The notes beneath the pieces are model-generated. The model worked only from the letters and a program-made list of their open reading frames with translations, was not told where the DNA came from and did not search any database. A DNA stretch of 24,288 nucleotides, from positions 1 through 24,288 of the forward strand of contig CAZZXB010000020.1 of assembly GCA_964658025.1 (NCBI GenBank). The letters are read 5' to 3'. This document shows positions 1 through 8,373 of this stretch, piece after piece (positions within the stretch are counted from its first letter, which is position 1; each line of letters starts with the position of its first letter). The stretch comes from an uncultured Janthinobacterium sp. GTDB taxonomy: Bacteria > Vulcanimicrobiota > Vulcanimicrobiia > Vulcanimicrobiales > Vulcanimicrobiaceae. Both the position numbers and the translations under genes were made by a program.

Positions 1-1
1 C

Positions 2-1138
2 GGCGGCTCGGCCTACCCGCGCCACTGGGATTTCGCGCGCTTCCGCGAGATCGCGCGCGCGAGCGACGGTAGGATGACGGTCGCCCTCGACACGTACATG
101 CAGCCGAAAACCGATCGCACGCCGCGCGCGGTCGAGGTCTCGAGCGTCGTCGCGACGCTGCGCGGCGACGATCCCTCACGCGGGACGATCGTGATGTCGA
201 GCCACTACGACTCTCGCGACTCCGACGGAAACGATCCGCTAAAAGACGCGCCGGGCGCCGACGACAACGGTTCGGGGACGTCCGCCGTCGTGGAAGCCGC
301 GCGAGCGATGGCGTCGCGACATTTTGCCGGGACGATCGTCTTCGCGTGTTTCGACGGCGAGGAGCAGGGGCTCTTCGGTTCCGATCACTACGCGGCGACG
401 CTCGCCCACGCGGGAACCGTCGTCGAGGCGAATTTCAATAACGACATCATCGGCACCGCGCTCGGTCACGACGGCGAATCCGATCCCGATCGCGTCCGCC
501 TCTTCAGCGAGGCGCTTCCGGTCGCCGCCGACGCCAAGCGCGTGAACGTGCTCGGCAGCGAGAACGACTCGCCGGCACGCGAGCTCGCGCGTTTCGCGAA
601 GGAGACCGACGAAGCGTACGTCCCCGCGATGCACGTCGATCTCGTCTACCGCTCGGATCGATTCCTACGCGGCGGCGATCAGGAGTCGTTTTCGGCTCGA
701 GGATTTCCGGCGATCCGCTACGTGGAACCGCACGAGAATTTCGACCACCAACATCAAGACGTCCGCGTCGAAAACGGCCTGCAGTACGGCGATCTCTTGC
801 GGTACGTCGACTTCGGCTACATCGCACGTGTGACGCAACTCAACGTCGCCGCCGTCGCGACGCTCGCGCTCGCGCCGAGCGCACCCGCGCCGACGCTATC
901 CGCGAAGGCACTCGGCTACGATTCGACGCTCGCCTGGAAGCCCGTCGCGCGCGCGACCGCGTACGAGATCGTCTGGCGCCGAACGAGCGAGAGCACGTGG
1001 ACCCACGGCGAACGACTCGGCGACGTCACGACCGCGACGATCCCGCTCTCGAAAGACGACTGGCTCTTCGGCGTCCGCGCGCTCGACGCCGCGGGCCACG
1101 CGAGCGCCGTCGCGTTCCCGAAGCCGATTCGCGGTTAA
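2..1138 (+). CDS. M28-family metallopeptidase with C-terminal FN3-like domain (5'-incomplete; first ATG at 74)
   Basis: Motifs SHYDS, PGADDNGSG, GEEQGLFGS, NNDIIG and GGDQESF, plus a beta-rich C-terminal domain. The frame is open back to position 2, but the first ~18 codons resemble GlyA (see findings). Confidence 0.85.
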   Translation, partial: GGSAYPRHWDFARFREIARASDGRMTVALDTYMQPKTDRTPRAVEVSSVVATLRGDDPSRGTIVMSSHYDSRDSDGNDPLKDAPGADDNGSGTSAVVEAARAMASRHFAGTIVFACFDGEEQGLFGSDHYAATLAHAGTVVEANFNNDIIGTALGHDGESDPDRVRLFSEALPVAADAKRVNVLGSENDSPARELARFAKETDEAYVPAMHVDLVYRSDRFLRGGDQESFSARGFPAIRYVEPHENFDHQHQDVRVENGLQYGDLLRYVDFGYIARVTQLNVAAVATLALAPSAPAPTLSAKALGYDSTLAWKPVARATAYEIVWRRTSESTWTHGERLGDVTTATIPLSKDDWLFGVRALDAAGHASAVAFPKPIRG

Positions 1139-1162
1139 CGCCGACGCCGCGAGCGCGACGCA

Positions 1163-1441
1163 TCAGGCGAGCGCGTCGATCGCACGAGCGAGGGCGACGT
1201 CGCGATCCGTGATGCCGCCCGCGTCGTGAGACGAGAGGCGCAGCGTTACCTCGTTCCACGAGATGGCGATGTCGGGATGATGATCGCGTTCGTTCGCGAC
1301 CGTCGCGACAGCGTTGACGAACGCGATCGAGCCGTCGAAGTTCTTCCGATCGAAGGTGCGTTCGAGCGCGGAGTCGCGCATCCGCCATCCGGAGAGCGAC
1401 CCGAGTTCGGCCGCGATCGTCGATTCCGTGAGCAGTCCCAT
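1163..1441 (-). CDS. phhB: pterin-4-alpha-carbinolamine dehydratase
   Basis: 92 aa with FVNAVATVANERDHHPDI and SSHDAGGITDRD signature motifs. Confidence 0.92.
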   Translation of the reverse strand: MGLLTESTIAAELGSLSGWRMRDSALERTFDRKNFDGSIAFVNAVATVANERDHHPDIAISWNEVTLRLSSHDAGGITDRDVALARAIDALA

Positions 1442-1470
1442 ACGTCGCTTGTGCCCCGCCGCGCGCGTAC

Positions 1471-2772
1471 CTACGCCGTCGCGAGCGAGACGCGGGCCCG
1501 CGCGAGCGCGTCGAACGCGCCGTCGACCGCGGCGAGCGTCGCCTCGATCTCGCGTTCGCCGTGGGCCGTGGAGAGGAACATCAGCTCGTTCGACGACGGG
1601 GCGATGAGGATGCCGCGTTCGCGCATCGCGTGATAGTACGCCGCGAACGCGTTACGATCGGCCGCCGCGCGTTCCTCGAAATCGCGCACCGGAGCGCCCG
1701 GACGAAACGCGAAATCGACCATGCTCGCGAGTTGCGTGACCGCGAACCCGACGCCGCGCCGCGCGAAGATCGCGCGGATCCCATCCGCGAGTCCCGCGGC
1801 CGTCGCGTCCAGCCGATCGTACACGGCCGGATCGGATTCGATGAGATCGAGCGTCCGGTGCCCCATCTCGACGCCGAACGGGTTCCCCGAAAACGTGCCG
1901 CCCGTGAACGCCGAGCCCTCGGGCGAGAGCGACGCCATCACGTCGGCGCGACCGCCGAACGCCGCGAGCGGATGGCCGCCGCCCATGATCTTCCCGAGCG
2001 CCGTGAGATCCGGGCGCAAGCCCGCGCGGCCTTGTCCGCCGCCCAGTCCGAGTCGCAACCACGTGATGACCTCGTCGAAGATCACGAGCGCGCCGTGACG
2101 ACGCGCGCGCGCGAAGAGCCCGTCGAGAAATCCCGGATCCGGCACGACGAGCCCCATGTTCCCGACGATCGGCTCCACGAGGATCGCCGCGAGTTCGCCT
2201 TCGCGACCGGCGAGTCGCGCGTCGAGATCGGCGAGGTCGTTGTAGCGCGCGACGACGCCGTCGGCGCGCACGCCGGGCGGCACGCCCGCGCGCGCGACGG
2301 CGCTCGCGTCGCCCGACGTCGCGCCCCCCGCCGACGCGCCCGCGTCGTGGATCGCGCCGTCGAAGTGGCCGTGATAATTTCCGGCGAAACGCGCCACGAG
2401 CGTGCGTCCGGTGAACGCGCGCGCGACGCGCACCGCGCTCATCATCGCTTCGGTCCCCGTGCTCGTGAAGCGCAACCGTTCCATCGAGGGCAGATGCGTC
2501 GCGATCCGCGCGGCGAGCCGCCGCTCTTGCGGCGACGTCGAGCCGAACACCGTGCCGCGTCGGGCGACGGCATCGAGATCGCGCGTGAACGCCGGGTGCG
2601 CGTGACCGAAGAGCAGCGGACCGTACGCCATCACGTAATCGACGAACGCGCGGCCGCGCTCGTCGTACGCGTACGCACCGCTTCCGGAGACGTGCACGAA
2701 CGGCGTGCCGCCGACGGACGCTCCGGCGCGTACCGCCGAACTCGCGCCGCCCGCGAGATGGTCGACGTCCAT
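1471..2772 (-). CDS. hemL: glutamate-1-semialdehyde 2,1-aminomutase (class III PLP aminotransferase)
   Basis: DYVMAYGPLLFGH, STGTEAMMSAVRVAR, GNYHGHFD, EPIVGNMG, LVIFDEVIT and PDLTALGKIMGGG. Start trimmed to the ATG at 2772 (MDVDHLAGG). Confidence 0.82.
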   Translation of the reverse strand: MDVDHLAGGASSAVRAGASVGGTPFVHVSGSGAYAYDERGRAFVDYVMAYGPLLFGHAHPAFTRDLDAVARRGTVFGSTSPQERRLAARIATHLPSMERLRFTSTGTEAMMSAVRVARAFTGRTLVARFAGNYHGHFDGAIHDAGASAGGATSGDASAVARAGVPPGVRADGVVARYNDLADLDARLAGREGELAAILVEPIVGNMGLVVPDPGFLDGLFARARRHGALVIFDEVITWLRLGLGGGQGRAGLRPDLTALGKIMGGGHPLAAFGGRADVMASLSPEGSAFTGGTFSGNPFGVEMGHRTLDLIESDPAVYDRLDATAAGLADGIRAIFARRGVGFAVTQLASMVDFAFRPGAPVRDFEERAAADRNAFAAYYHAMRERGILIAPSSNELMFLSTAHGEREIEATLAAVDGAFDALARARVSLATA

Positions 2773-2918
2773 GCTCGAACCTTCGAACGCGCGCGCGTCC
2801 GTCCCCGGTCGACGCCGAAGAATGCATCGGCACGCGTGTCGTCTCCGCGACGAGGGACGCGACGACGAAGCGCGCGCCGCTCTCGCGACGCACGTTTCAC
2901 GGCGCGCGTCGGAAGCGT

Positions 2919-3665
2919 TTAGTGGATGCCGCCGCTCGCGACGAGATGTTCGCCCGTCAACCACTTCGCGTCGTCCGACGCGAGGAAGACGACGACCGAC
3001 GCGATGTCGTCCGGGCGTCCGGCGCGACCGAGCGGCGTCTGCGCCGTCGTCTCGGTCTCGAACTCCGAGCCCACGAAGCCGGCGGCGTGCGTCCCTTCGG
3101 TGACGACGAATCCGGGGTTGACCGAATTCACGCGGATCCCGCGCGATCCGAGCTCCTTCGAGAGCGCGCCCGTAATCGCATCGACGGCACCCTTCGTTCC
3201 CGAATAGAGCGCCGAATTCGGCGGCGTGATCGAACTCACGACCGAGCTGACGTTGACGATGCTCGCGCCCGCGCCGAGGTGCTTCGACGCCGCTTGCGTC
3301 GTGAGGAGCGTCCCGAGCACGTTGACGTCGTACATCGCGTGGTACTGCGATTCGGTGAAGCTCTCGATCGGCGAGAATTCGTAGACGCCCGAATTGTTCA
3401 CGAGGATGTCGAGTTTCCCGTACGTCGCGATCGCGGCGTCGACGATCCCCTTGGCTTCGGCCGATTTCGAGACGTCGCCGCCGACGGCGATCGCCTTCCC
3501 GCCGGCCGCTTCGATCTCGCCGACGACGACGTCCGCGCCCGTCTTGCTCGAAGCGTAATTGACGACGACCGCGGCGCCTTCGGCCGCGATCGAACGGGCG
3601 ATGGCGGCGCCGATGCCCTTCGATGCGCCGGTGACGACGGCGACCTTACCCGTGAGTTTGTTCAT
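2919..3665 (-). CDS. short-chain dehydrogenase/reductase (SDR)
   Basis: TGASKGIG, NNSG and YSGTK catalytic motif. ATG at 3665 (MNKLTGK) gives 248 aa. Confidence 0.93.
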   Translation of the reverse strand: MNKLTGKVAVVTGASKGIGAAIARSIAAEGAAVVVNYASSKTGADVVVGEIEAAGGKAIAVGGDVSKSAEAKGIVDAAIATYGKLDILVNNSGVYEFSPIESFTESQYHAMYDVNVLGTLLTTQAASKHLGAGASIVNVSSVVSSITPPNSALYSGTKGAVDAITGALSKELGSRGIRVNSVNPGFVVTEGTHAAGFVGSEFETETTAQTPLGRAGRPDDIASVVVFLASDDAKWLTGEHLVASGGIH

Positions 3666-3714
3666 GTGATGATGCTTGCTTTCGGAGACGCTCGCGTCTC
3701 GTCGGAATAGTTTT

Positions 3715-3737
3715 ATAGTTCGGATATTACGAACTAT
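3715..3737. promoter_or_regulatory. inverted-repeat operator, probably bound by the ArsR-family regulator
   Basis: Perfect ATAGTTCG-N7-CGAACTAT in the AT-rich spacer between the divergent SDR and ArsR genes. Confidence 0.7.
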
Positions 3738-3771
3738 TGAACCATTCGTCAACTGGGGGTATGATGGAACG

Positions 3772-4203
3772 ATGCGGCCCCTCTTCCATCCATCCGTCGA
3801 CGACGTCACGGTCGAGGGTATCCTCCACGCCCTCGCCGATCCCACGCGGGTCGCGCTCTACACGCGAATCGTCGAGGCGGAGTGCGCCCAACCGTGCGCC
3901 GCACTCGGGCGCGCGACCGACCGACCGATTCCGAAATCGACGCTCTCGCAACATTTCAAGGCCCTGCGCGAAGCGGGCTTGATCCGCGTGGAACGGCACG
4001 GGGTCGAGATGCGTAATTCCGCGCGCGCCGACGAAGTCGACGCGCGCTTCCCGGGGTTGATCGCGACGATCGTGAACGCGCACCGCCTGCAGCTCGAGCG
4101 CGAGGCGCGCGTCCGTGCGAACGCGGGTCGGACGGCGTCCGCGAAGACCCCGCGAAGGGCTCCGAAACGCATCCGCGGCACGGAGATCCCCGCGAAGTCT
4201 TAG
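3772..4203 (+). CDS. ArsR/SmtB-family winged-HTH transcriptional regulator
   Basis: ILHALADPTR...PKSTLSQHFKALREAGLI. ATG at 3772 (MRPLFHP); divergent from the SDR gene. Confidence 0.88.
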   Translation: MRPLFHPSVDDVTVEGILHALADPTRVALYTRIVEAECAQPCAALGRATDRPIPKSTLSQHFKALREAGLIRVERHGVEMRNSARADEVDARFPGLIATIVNAHRLQLEREARVRANAGRTASAKTPRRAPKRIRGTEIPAKS

Positions 4204-4607
4204 GTCGTTCCCTCGGCGAGTTCGGCATCCGTCGGGGCGCGTCGGCCGACGCAGATCGTCGCGCGCTCCGAATCGAAGTTCAGGCGGACGAATACGATCG
4301 TCACGCGTTCGGGCCCGCGCGCGAACGGAAACGTGAACTCGAACGGTGCGATGCTCGTATCCTTCGAGCTGAGAAACGCGTCGAAGCGGCCTTCGAACTC
4401 GCGGATCGCCGTGCACGGCGCGACGTCGCGAAAAAAGTTACGGCCGAGCACGCGCTCGCGCGTCAGGCCCGTCATCTCGCTTTCGTAGGCGTTGTATTCC
4501 AGAATCGTGCCGCTACGATCGACGATGATGACGCCGAACGGGAGGTCGTCGACGGCGCTTCCTTGCGACGCGCGTTCCAGATCGAACGCTTCGAACTTGT
4601 GGGCCAC
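4200..4607 (-). CDS. pyp: photoactive yellow protein (PYP)-like PAS protein
   Basis: DDLPFGVI..D..G.ILEYNAYESEMTG......GRNFFRDVAPCT. Tyr42, Glu46, Thr50 and chromophore Cys69 equivalents are present. GTG start. Confidence 0.8.
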   Translation of the reverse strand: MAHKFEAFDLERASQGSAVDDLPFGVIIVDRSGTILEYNAYESEMTGLTRERVLGRNFFRDVAPCTAIREFEGRFDAFLSSKDTSIAPFEFTFPFARGPERVTIVFVRLNFDSERATICVGRRAPTDAELAEGTT

Positions 4608-4615
4608 CTATGTAT

Positions 4616-5464
4616 TCACTCCTCGCTCGTACGGATCGTATCTTCGAGCGATTCGCCGGACGGGTCGAAATCCCACGAGAGCTCGTGCGCGCCTTCGGCG
4701 ATCGCCTGCGCGTTTCCACCGAAACCGATGCCGGCGCGCGGGCCGAACGCGAAGCGCGGACGGTCGAGTTTTTCCGCCGCCCGCAGCGCGTGCATCGCGC
4801 CGCGATCGGCCTCGCTCTGCACGAGCACGATCGCGGCCGCGTGCGCTGCCTGCAAGCGATCGCGACGGACGAGCGACCACGGTTTCACGCCTTCGTCCGG
4901 AAGATATTCCGAGAGGATCGCGCCGCCGCCCGCGACGATGCGTCGCTCGAGATCCGCGTGTTCCGCGGGATACGTCGCGCCGATCCCGTTGCCGACGTAC
5001 GCGTACGTCGGCACGCCCGAGGCGAGCGCGCCTTCGTGCGCCGCCGCGTCGACGCCGAGCGCGAGACCGCTCACGATCGGCGCGCGCACGCTCCGTCCGA
5101 GCGCGAAGGCCATCCGCGCGGACCGCTCGTCGGGAAGGCGCGTCCCGACGACGGCCGTCCCTTCACGCCAACGGCTCCGCGCCGGTAACGGACCGCGCAC
5201 GGTCAGGAACGCCGGCGGATCGACGAGATCGTGCAGGCCCGCGGGATACTCGGCCGACCCGAGCGGGACGACGCGCGCCGCGAGCGCTTCGAGCCGGTCG
5301 AGCGCGACGCGCGCGTCGCGGCGTGCGTCGGCCAAGCGGGACGCGGCGTCGTTCGCGATCCAATCGCGCAAGAGCGATTCGTCGCCGAGCGCGAGCGCGC
5401 GGATCCGGCGCGCTGGGATGCGCAGCAGCGTCGCGGCGAAGAGGACGTGCGGCGACGCGGCCAT
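4616..5464 (-). CDS. dprA: DprA/Smf-like (SLOG superfamily) protein
   Basis: EYPAGLHDLVDPPAFL, AVVGTR, IVSGLALGVDAAAHEGAL, ILSEY and RRDRLQAA. It is short (282 aa), with no obvious C-terminal winged-helix domain. Confidence 0.75.
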   Translation of the reverse strand: MAASPHVLFAATLLRIPARRIRALALGDESLLRDWIANDAASRLADARRDARVALDRLEALAARVVPLGSAEYPAGLHDLVDPPAFLTVRGPLPARSRWREGTAVVGTRLPDERSARMAFALGRSVRAPIVSGLALGVDAAAHEGALASGVPTYAYVGNGIGATYPAEHADLERRIVAGGGAILSEYLPDEGVKPWSLVRRDRLQAAHAAAIVLVQSEADRGAMHALRAAEKLDRPRFAFGPRAGIGFGGNAQAIAEGAHELSWDFDPSGESLEDTIRTSEE

Positions 5465-5470
5465 ACCCCG

Positions 5471-7036
5471 TTAGCGATTTGGCGCATACGCCGCCGTCAC
5501 TTCTTCGACGATCGCACGATCCACGTCCGATCCGCGCGCGCGGGCGATCCGTTCGGCTTCGCTCCGCAATTTTTTCGTGACCGACACGCGCACGAAGAAC
5601 GGCACGCGTTTGACGGTTTTCTCGGCGAGCGCCTTCGCTTCGTCGCTCCACGCGATCGTGCTGTTCTGCCCGCGACCGCCCTCCGCGACGATCCCCTGAC
5701 CCTCGCGCATGATCTCCGCCGTCGGGCGATCGGCCTGTTGCGGCGGCGCGTACGACGTCGGCAGATTCGCGAAGAGCGTATCGAAGAGCACCTCGCAGAC
5801 CGTCTGCAACAGCCACACCGCGCCCGCGTAGCCGACGAACGGCGTCCCCGTCGCGCGACGGACGACGGCGCCCGGAAACGACGCCTGATAGAAACGCGAC
5901 GGCAATTTTTCTTGGGCGACGATCATGCGCTCGTTGATCGAACCGAAGATCAGCATCGGACTCGGACTCGCGTTTGCGAGCGCCGCGCGGACGTCCTCGC
6001 TCGGCGCGCTCTGCGGCCCCGTGCGGTACGCGCTGTACGCGATCGGCAAGCCGAGTTCTCCGCCGAGATATTTTTCGAGCCCGTCCTTGTAGGACGGCGG
6101 CGCGACGATCGCGATCGGACTGTTCGCGAAGAAGTCGCTGTGCGTCGAACGCCAGATGTCGTGCCACGCGGCGAGGGTCGTGCGCTTCTCCTCGCGGACG
6201 AACGCTTCGGCGGACGCCTCGAGCCCGAGGGCCTTGCCCAGACCGAGTAGGAACGCGGTCGTATCCTCGAGCCCGAACGGCGCGTAGAACACGGGTTTGC
6301 CCACCTCGCGCGCGAGCGACTTCCCGAACTCCTGATACATGAGGATCGTGGCGGTCGCGTCGGTGAGCCGATTCGTATCGTACGACGACGCCTCGAACGG
6401 AAACACGAGATTGATCTCGGCACCGATCCCCGCGACGAGTCGCTTGATCTCGGCGAGATCGCTATACGAATTGAAGCAACCGTACGTCGGCCCGATGATG
6501 TTGACCGACGGCTTCGTCGCAGCCGCCGGAGCGGCGTCCGCGGGTCGCACGAAATGATCGCGGTTCTGCCACAGGAAGAGCAACGCGCGATCGCGCGCGT
6601 GCCACTCGTCGTCGTCGAGCGATTGCGCGTCGAAGAAGAGCGGCGAACCGGGGACGCCTTCGTCGATCGTCGTCCACGCGGCCCCGATGAGTTCCGACAT
6701 CGGCGTGCTGACGATGAAGACCTGACGGCCCGGGACGTTCGCGCGTCCGACCTTCTCCTTGAGCGCGGGCAACGTCCCCGCGATCGTCACTTCGTTCTCG
6801 GAGAGTTCGGAGCACGTGACGTTCTGGAGATACGGCACGCTGTCGGTGTAGTTGATGACGGCGACCGCCGGCATCACGTGGCATCCGACCGGTCCGTCGA
6901 GCACGACGTTTCCGTCGCGCAGGTTCGCGAACACCTGCATCGCGCCCGTGTCGCCGCCGGCGTGATCGAGATCGGTCACGCGTTTGCGGATCGGGGTGTT
7001 GACGACGTCGCTCTGGAGCTCTTGCTTGAGCGCCAT
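5471..7036 (-). CDS. bchZ: chlorophyllide a reductase subunit Z
   Basis: DLDHAGG...VVLDGPVGC...NYTD, SVNIIGPTYGCFN..SDLAEIKRLV, TGTPFVGYAGAVWLLQ and a C-terminal PCP_red-like domain (WSDEA...PFFVRVS). Follows bchXY. Confidence 0.9.
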   Translation of the reverse strand: MALKQELQSDVVNTPIRKRVTDLDHAGGDTGAMQVFANLRDGNVVLDGPVGCHVMPAVAVINYTDSVPYLQNVTCSELSENEVTIAGTLPALKEKVGRANVPGRQVFIVSTPMSELIGAAWTTIDEGVPGSPLFFDAQSLDDDEWHARDRALLFLWQNRDHFVRPADAAPAAATKPSVNIIGPTYGCFNSYSDLAEIKRLVAGIGAEINLVFPFEASSYDTNRLTDATATILMYQEFGKSLAREVGKPVFYAPFGLEDTTAFLLGLGKALGLEASAEAFVREEKRTTLAAWHDIWRSTHSDFFANSPIAIVAPPSYKDGLEKYLGGELGLPIAYSAYRTGPQSAPSEDVRAALANASPSPMLIFGSINERMIVAQEKLPSRFYQASFPGAVVRRATGTPFVGYAGAVWLLQTVCEVLFDTLFANLPTSYAPPQQADRPTAEIMREGQGIVAEGGRGQNSTIAWSDEAKALAEKTVKRVPFFVRVSVTKKLRSEAERIARARGSDVDRAIVEEVTAAYAPNR

Positions 7037-7038
7037 CG

Positions 7039-8370
7039 TCAGCCCACTTCACCGAGCGTCGGATGCGGCACGTCGCCCGCGTGCGCGAGCACGTGTTCGG
7101 TGAGATCGATCGTCGGCGCCCACGACGTGGTGGAACGCTTCGGCACGCCGTCGGCGCTGAAGAAGCGCGCGATCTTGTCGTACCGATCCTTACTGCGATA
7201 CGTCGACATCACGAGCGAGAGCACGTCGCTCGCACCTTCGGCGAACATGAGCGAACGCGTCGCCATCGCGTTCGTGTAATAGATCGACGGGATGCCGAGT
7301 TCTTTCGCGTGCGCGCAGAGCGGCGTCGTGCCGATCACGCAGTCGTACGGATGCCGCTCGAGCGCGCCGATCTCGTCGTCGAAGTTCGCGCCGTAGAGCA
7401 CGGTGCACCCGTGTTCGCGCAGCCACGCTTCTTCTTCGCGCGCGAGCGGGTTCGTGTTCACCGACGTGGAGAGGAACGGCACGTTCGCACCGGCTTCGAT
7501 GAGCAGCCGAACGAGTAAGAACTCGTGACCTTCGTAACCCGCGACCATGAACGTCAGGCCGGAGAGCGGATAGTCCGCCATCGCCGCGACGACCTTGCCG
7601 CGTTCGTCCGCGGCGACCGCTTCCACGGTCGCGGGATCGAGCTTCAGCGCGTCGCCGACGCGTTTGATCCACGCGTACGTGCCGTCGATCCCGACGGGCG
7701 CGCCTTCGACGAACGGCAAGCCCTGCTTCATCTTCATCCGCTTCACGCTCTCGCTGTAGAACGGGTGGAGCGGGGCGTTGAGCGCGCCGTCGACCATCGC
7801 GACGTAATCGGCCCAGCGCGGTCCCGGCACTTGCGTGTTCACGTGCGTGCCGATCCGGCGGAGCACTTCGTCGATCTTGACGGGATCGCTCGGAAACACT
7901 TCGCCGATGAGGTTCACGCCGGCGCGCGCCTTCCGCTGTGCGGGGAGCCGCCAGACGAGCGAATCGACGACGATATCCTTCGCCTTCGCGTGCGTGTGCA
8001 CGGAGTACGCCGGGAGCGGGACGTAGACGATCTCGGTATTGCCGACCTGCTTCGGAAGCAGTTCGAACGGCAGGCCGACCGTGTCGGAGACGCAGAGCGA
8101 ACAGATCGGGATGATCGAGGGCTTGTACTTCTCGGCCATCTCGATCGCCATCGCCCGCAGCTCGTCGAACACCGTACCCTTCGCCCACATCTGCGACGAG
8201 ACGCCGGGCGAGAAGATCGGCCGATTCGCGACGTAGAAGTGCGCGACGAACGTGTGGCCGTACATGCATCCGTCGCCCGACGAGATGACGATCGGCATCG
8301 CATCTTCCATGCGCAAGAGATTGCGGATCGCCCCGAACGCGGGGCACATCGAGGACGCTTGTTTGCCCAA
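7039..8370 (-). CDS. bchY: chlorophyllide a reductase subunit Y
   Basis: SMCPAFG, GCMYGHTFVAHFY, SLCV (three Fe-S cysteines), GEVFPSDP, GYEGHE and IGTTP. TTG start 3 nt after the bchX stop. Confidence 0.9.
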   Translation of the reverse strand: MGKQASSMCPAFGAIRNLLRMEDAMPIVISSGDGCMYGHTFVAHFYVANRPIFSPGVSSQMWAKGTVFDELRAMAIEMAEKYKPSIIPICSLCVSDTVGLPFELLPKQVGNTEIVYVPLPAYSVHTHAKAKDIVVDSLVWRLPAQRKARAGVNLIGEVFPSDPVKIDEVLRRIGTHVNTQVPGPRWADYVAMVDGALNAPLHPFYSESVKRMKMKQGLPFVEGAPVGIDGTYAWIKRVGDALKLDPATVEAVAADERGKVVAAMADYPLSGLTFMVAGYEGHEFLLVRLLIEAGANVPFLSTSVNTNPLAREEEAWLREHGCTVLYGANFDDEIGALERHPYDCVIGTTPLCAHAKELGIPSIYYTNAMATRSLMFAEGASDVLSLVMSTYRSKDRYDKIARFFSADGVPKRSTTSWAPTIDLTEHVLAHAGDVPHPTLGEVG

Positions 8371-8373
8371 GGG

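Noticed and set aside
2819..2860. Possible fourth Crp box upstream of hemL (GCGA-N6-ACGC, 22 nt from CATTCT)
   Set aside because: The spacing fits, but three core mismatches and a weak -10 are plausible by chance in GC-rich DNA.
1561..2922. Long antisense and alternative-frame ORFs (for example 1561-2922 +, 7525-8433 +, 19046-20929 +, 20406-21815 +)
   Set aside because: Arg/Ala-rich shadow ORFs expected in high-GC DNA. They overlap well-supported genes and have no recognisable motifs.
4635..4676. Possible internal promoter for pyp (TACGAT with GTGG-N6-GACC 22 nt upstream)
   Set aside because: Only one credible half-site, and it lies inside dprA coding sequence.
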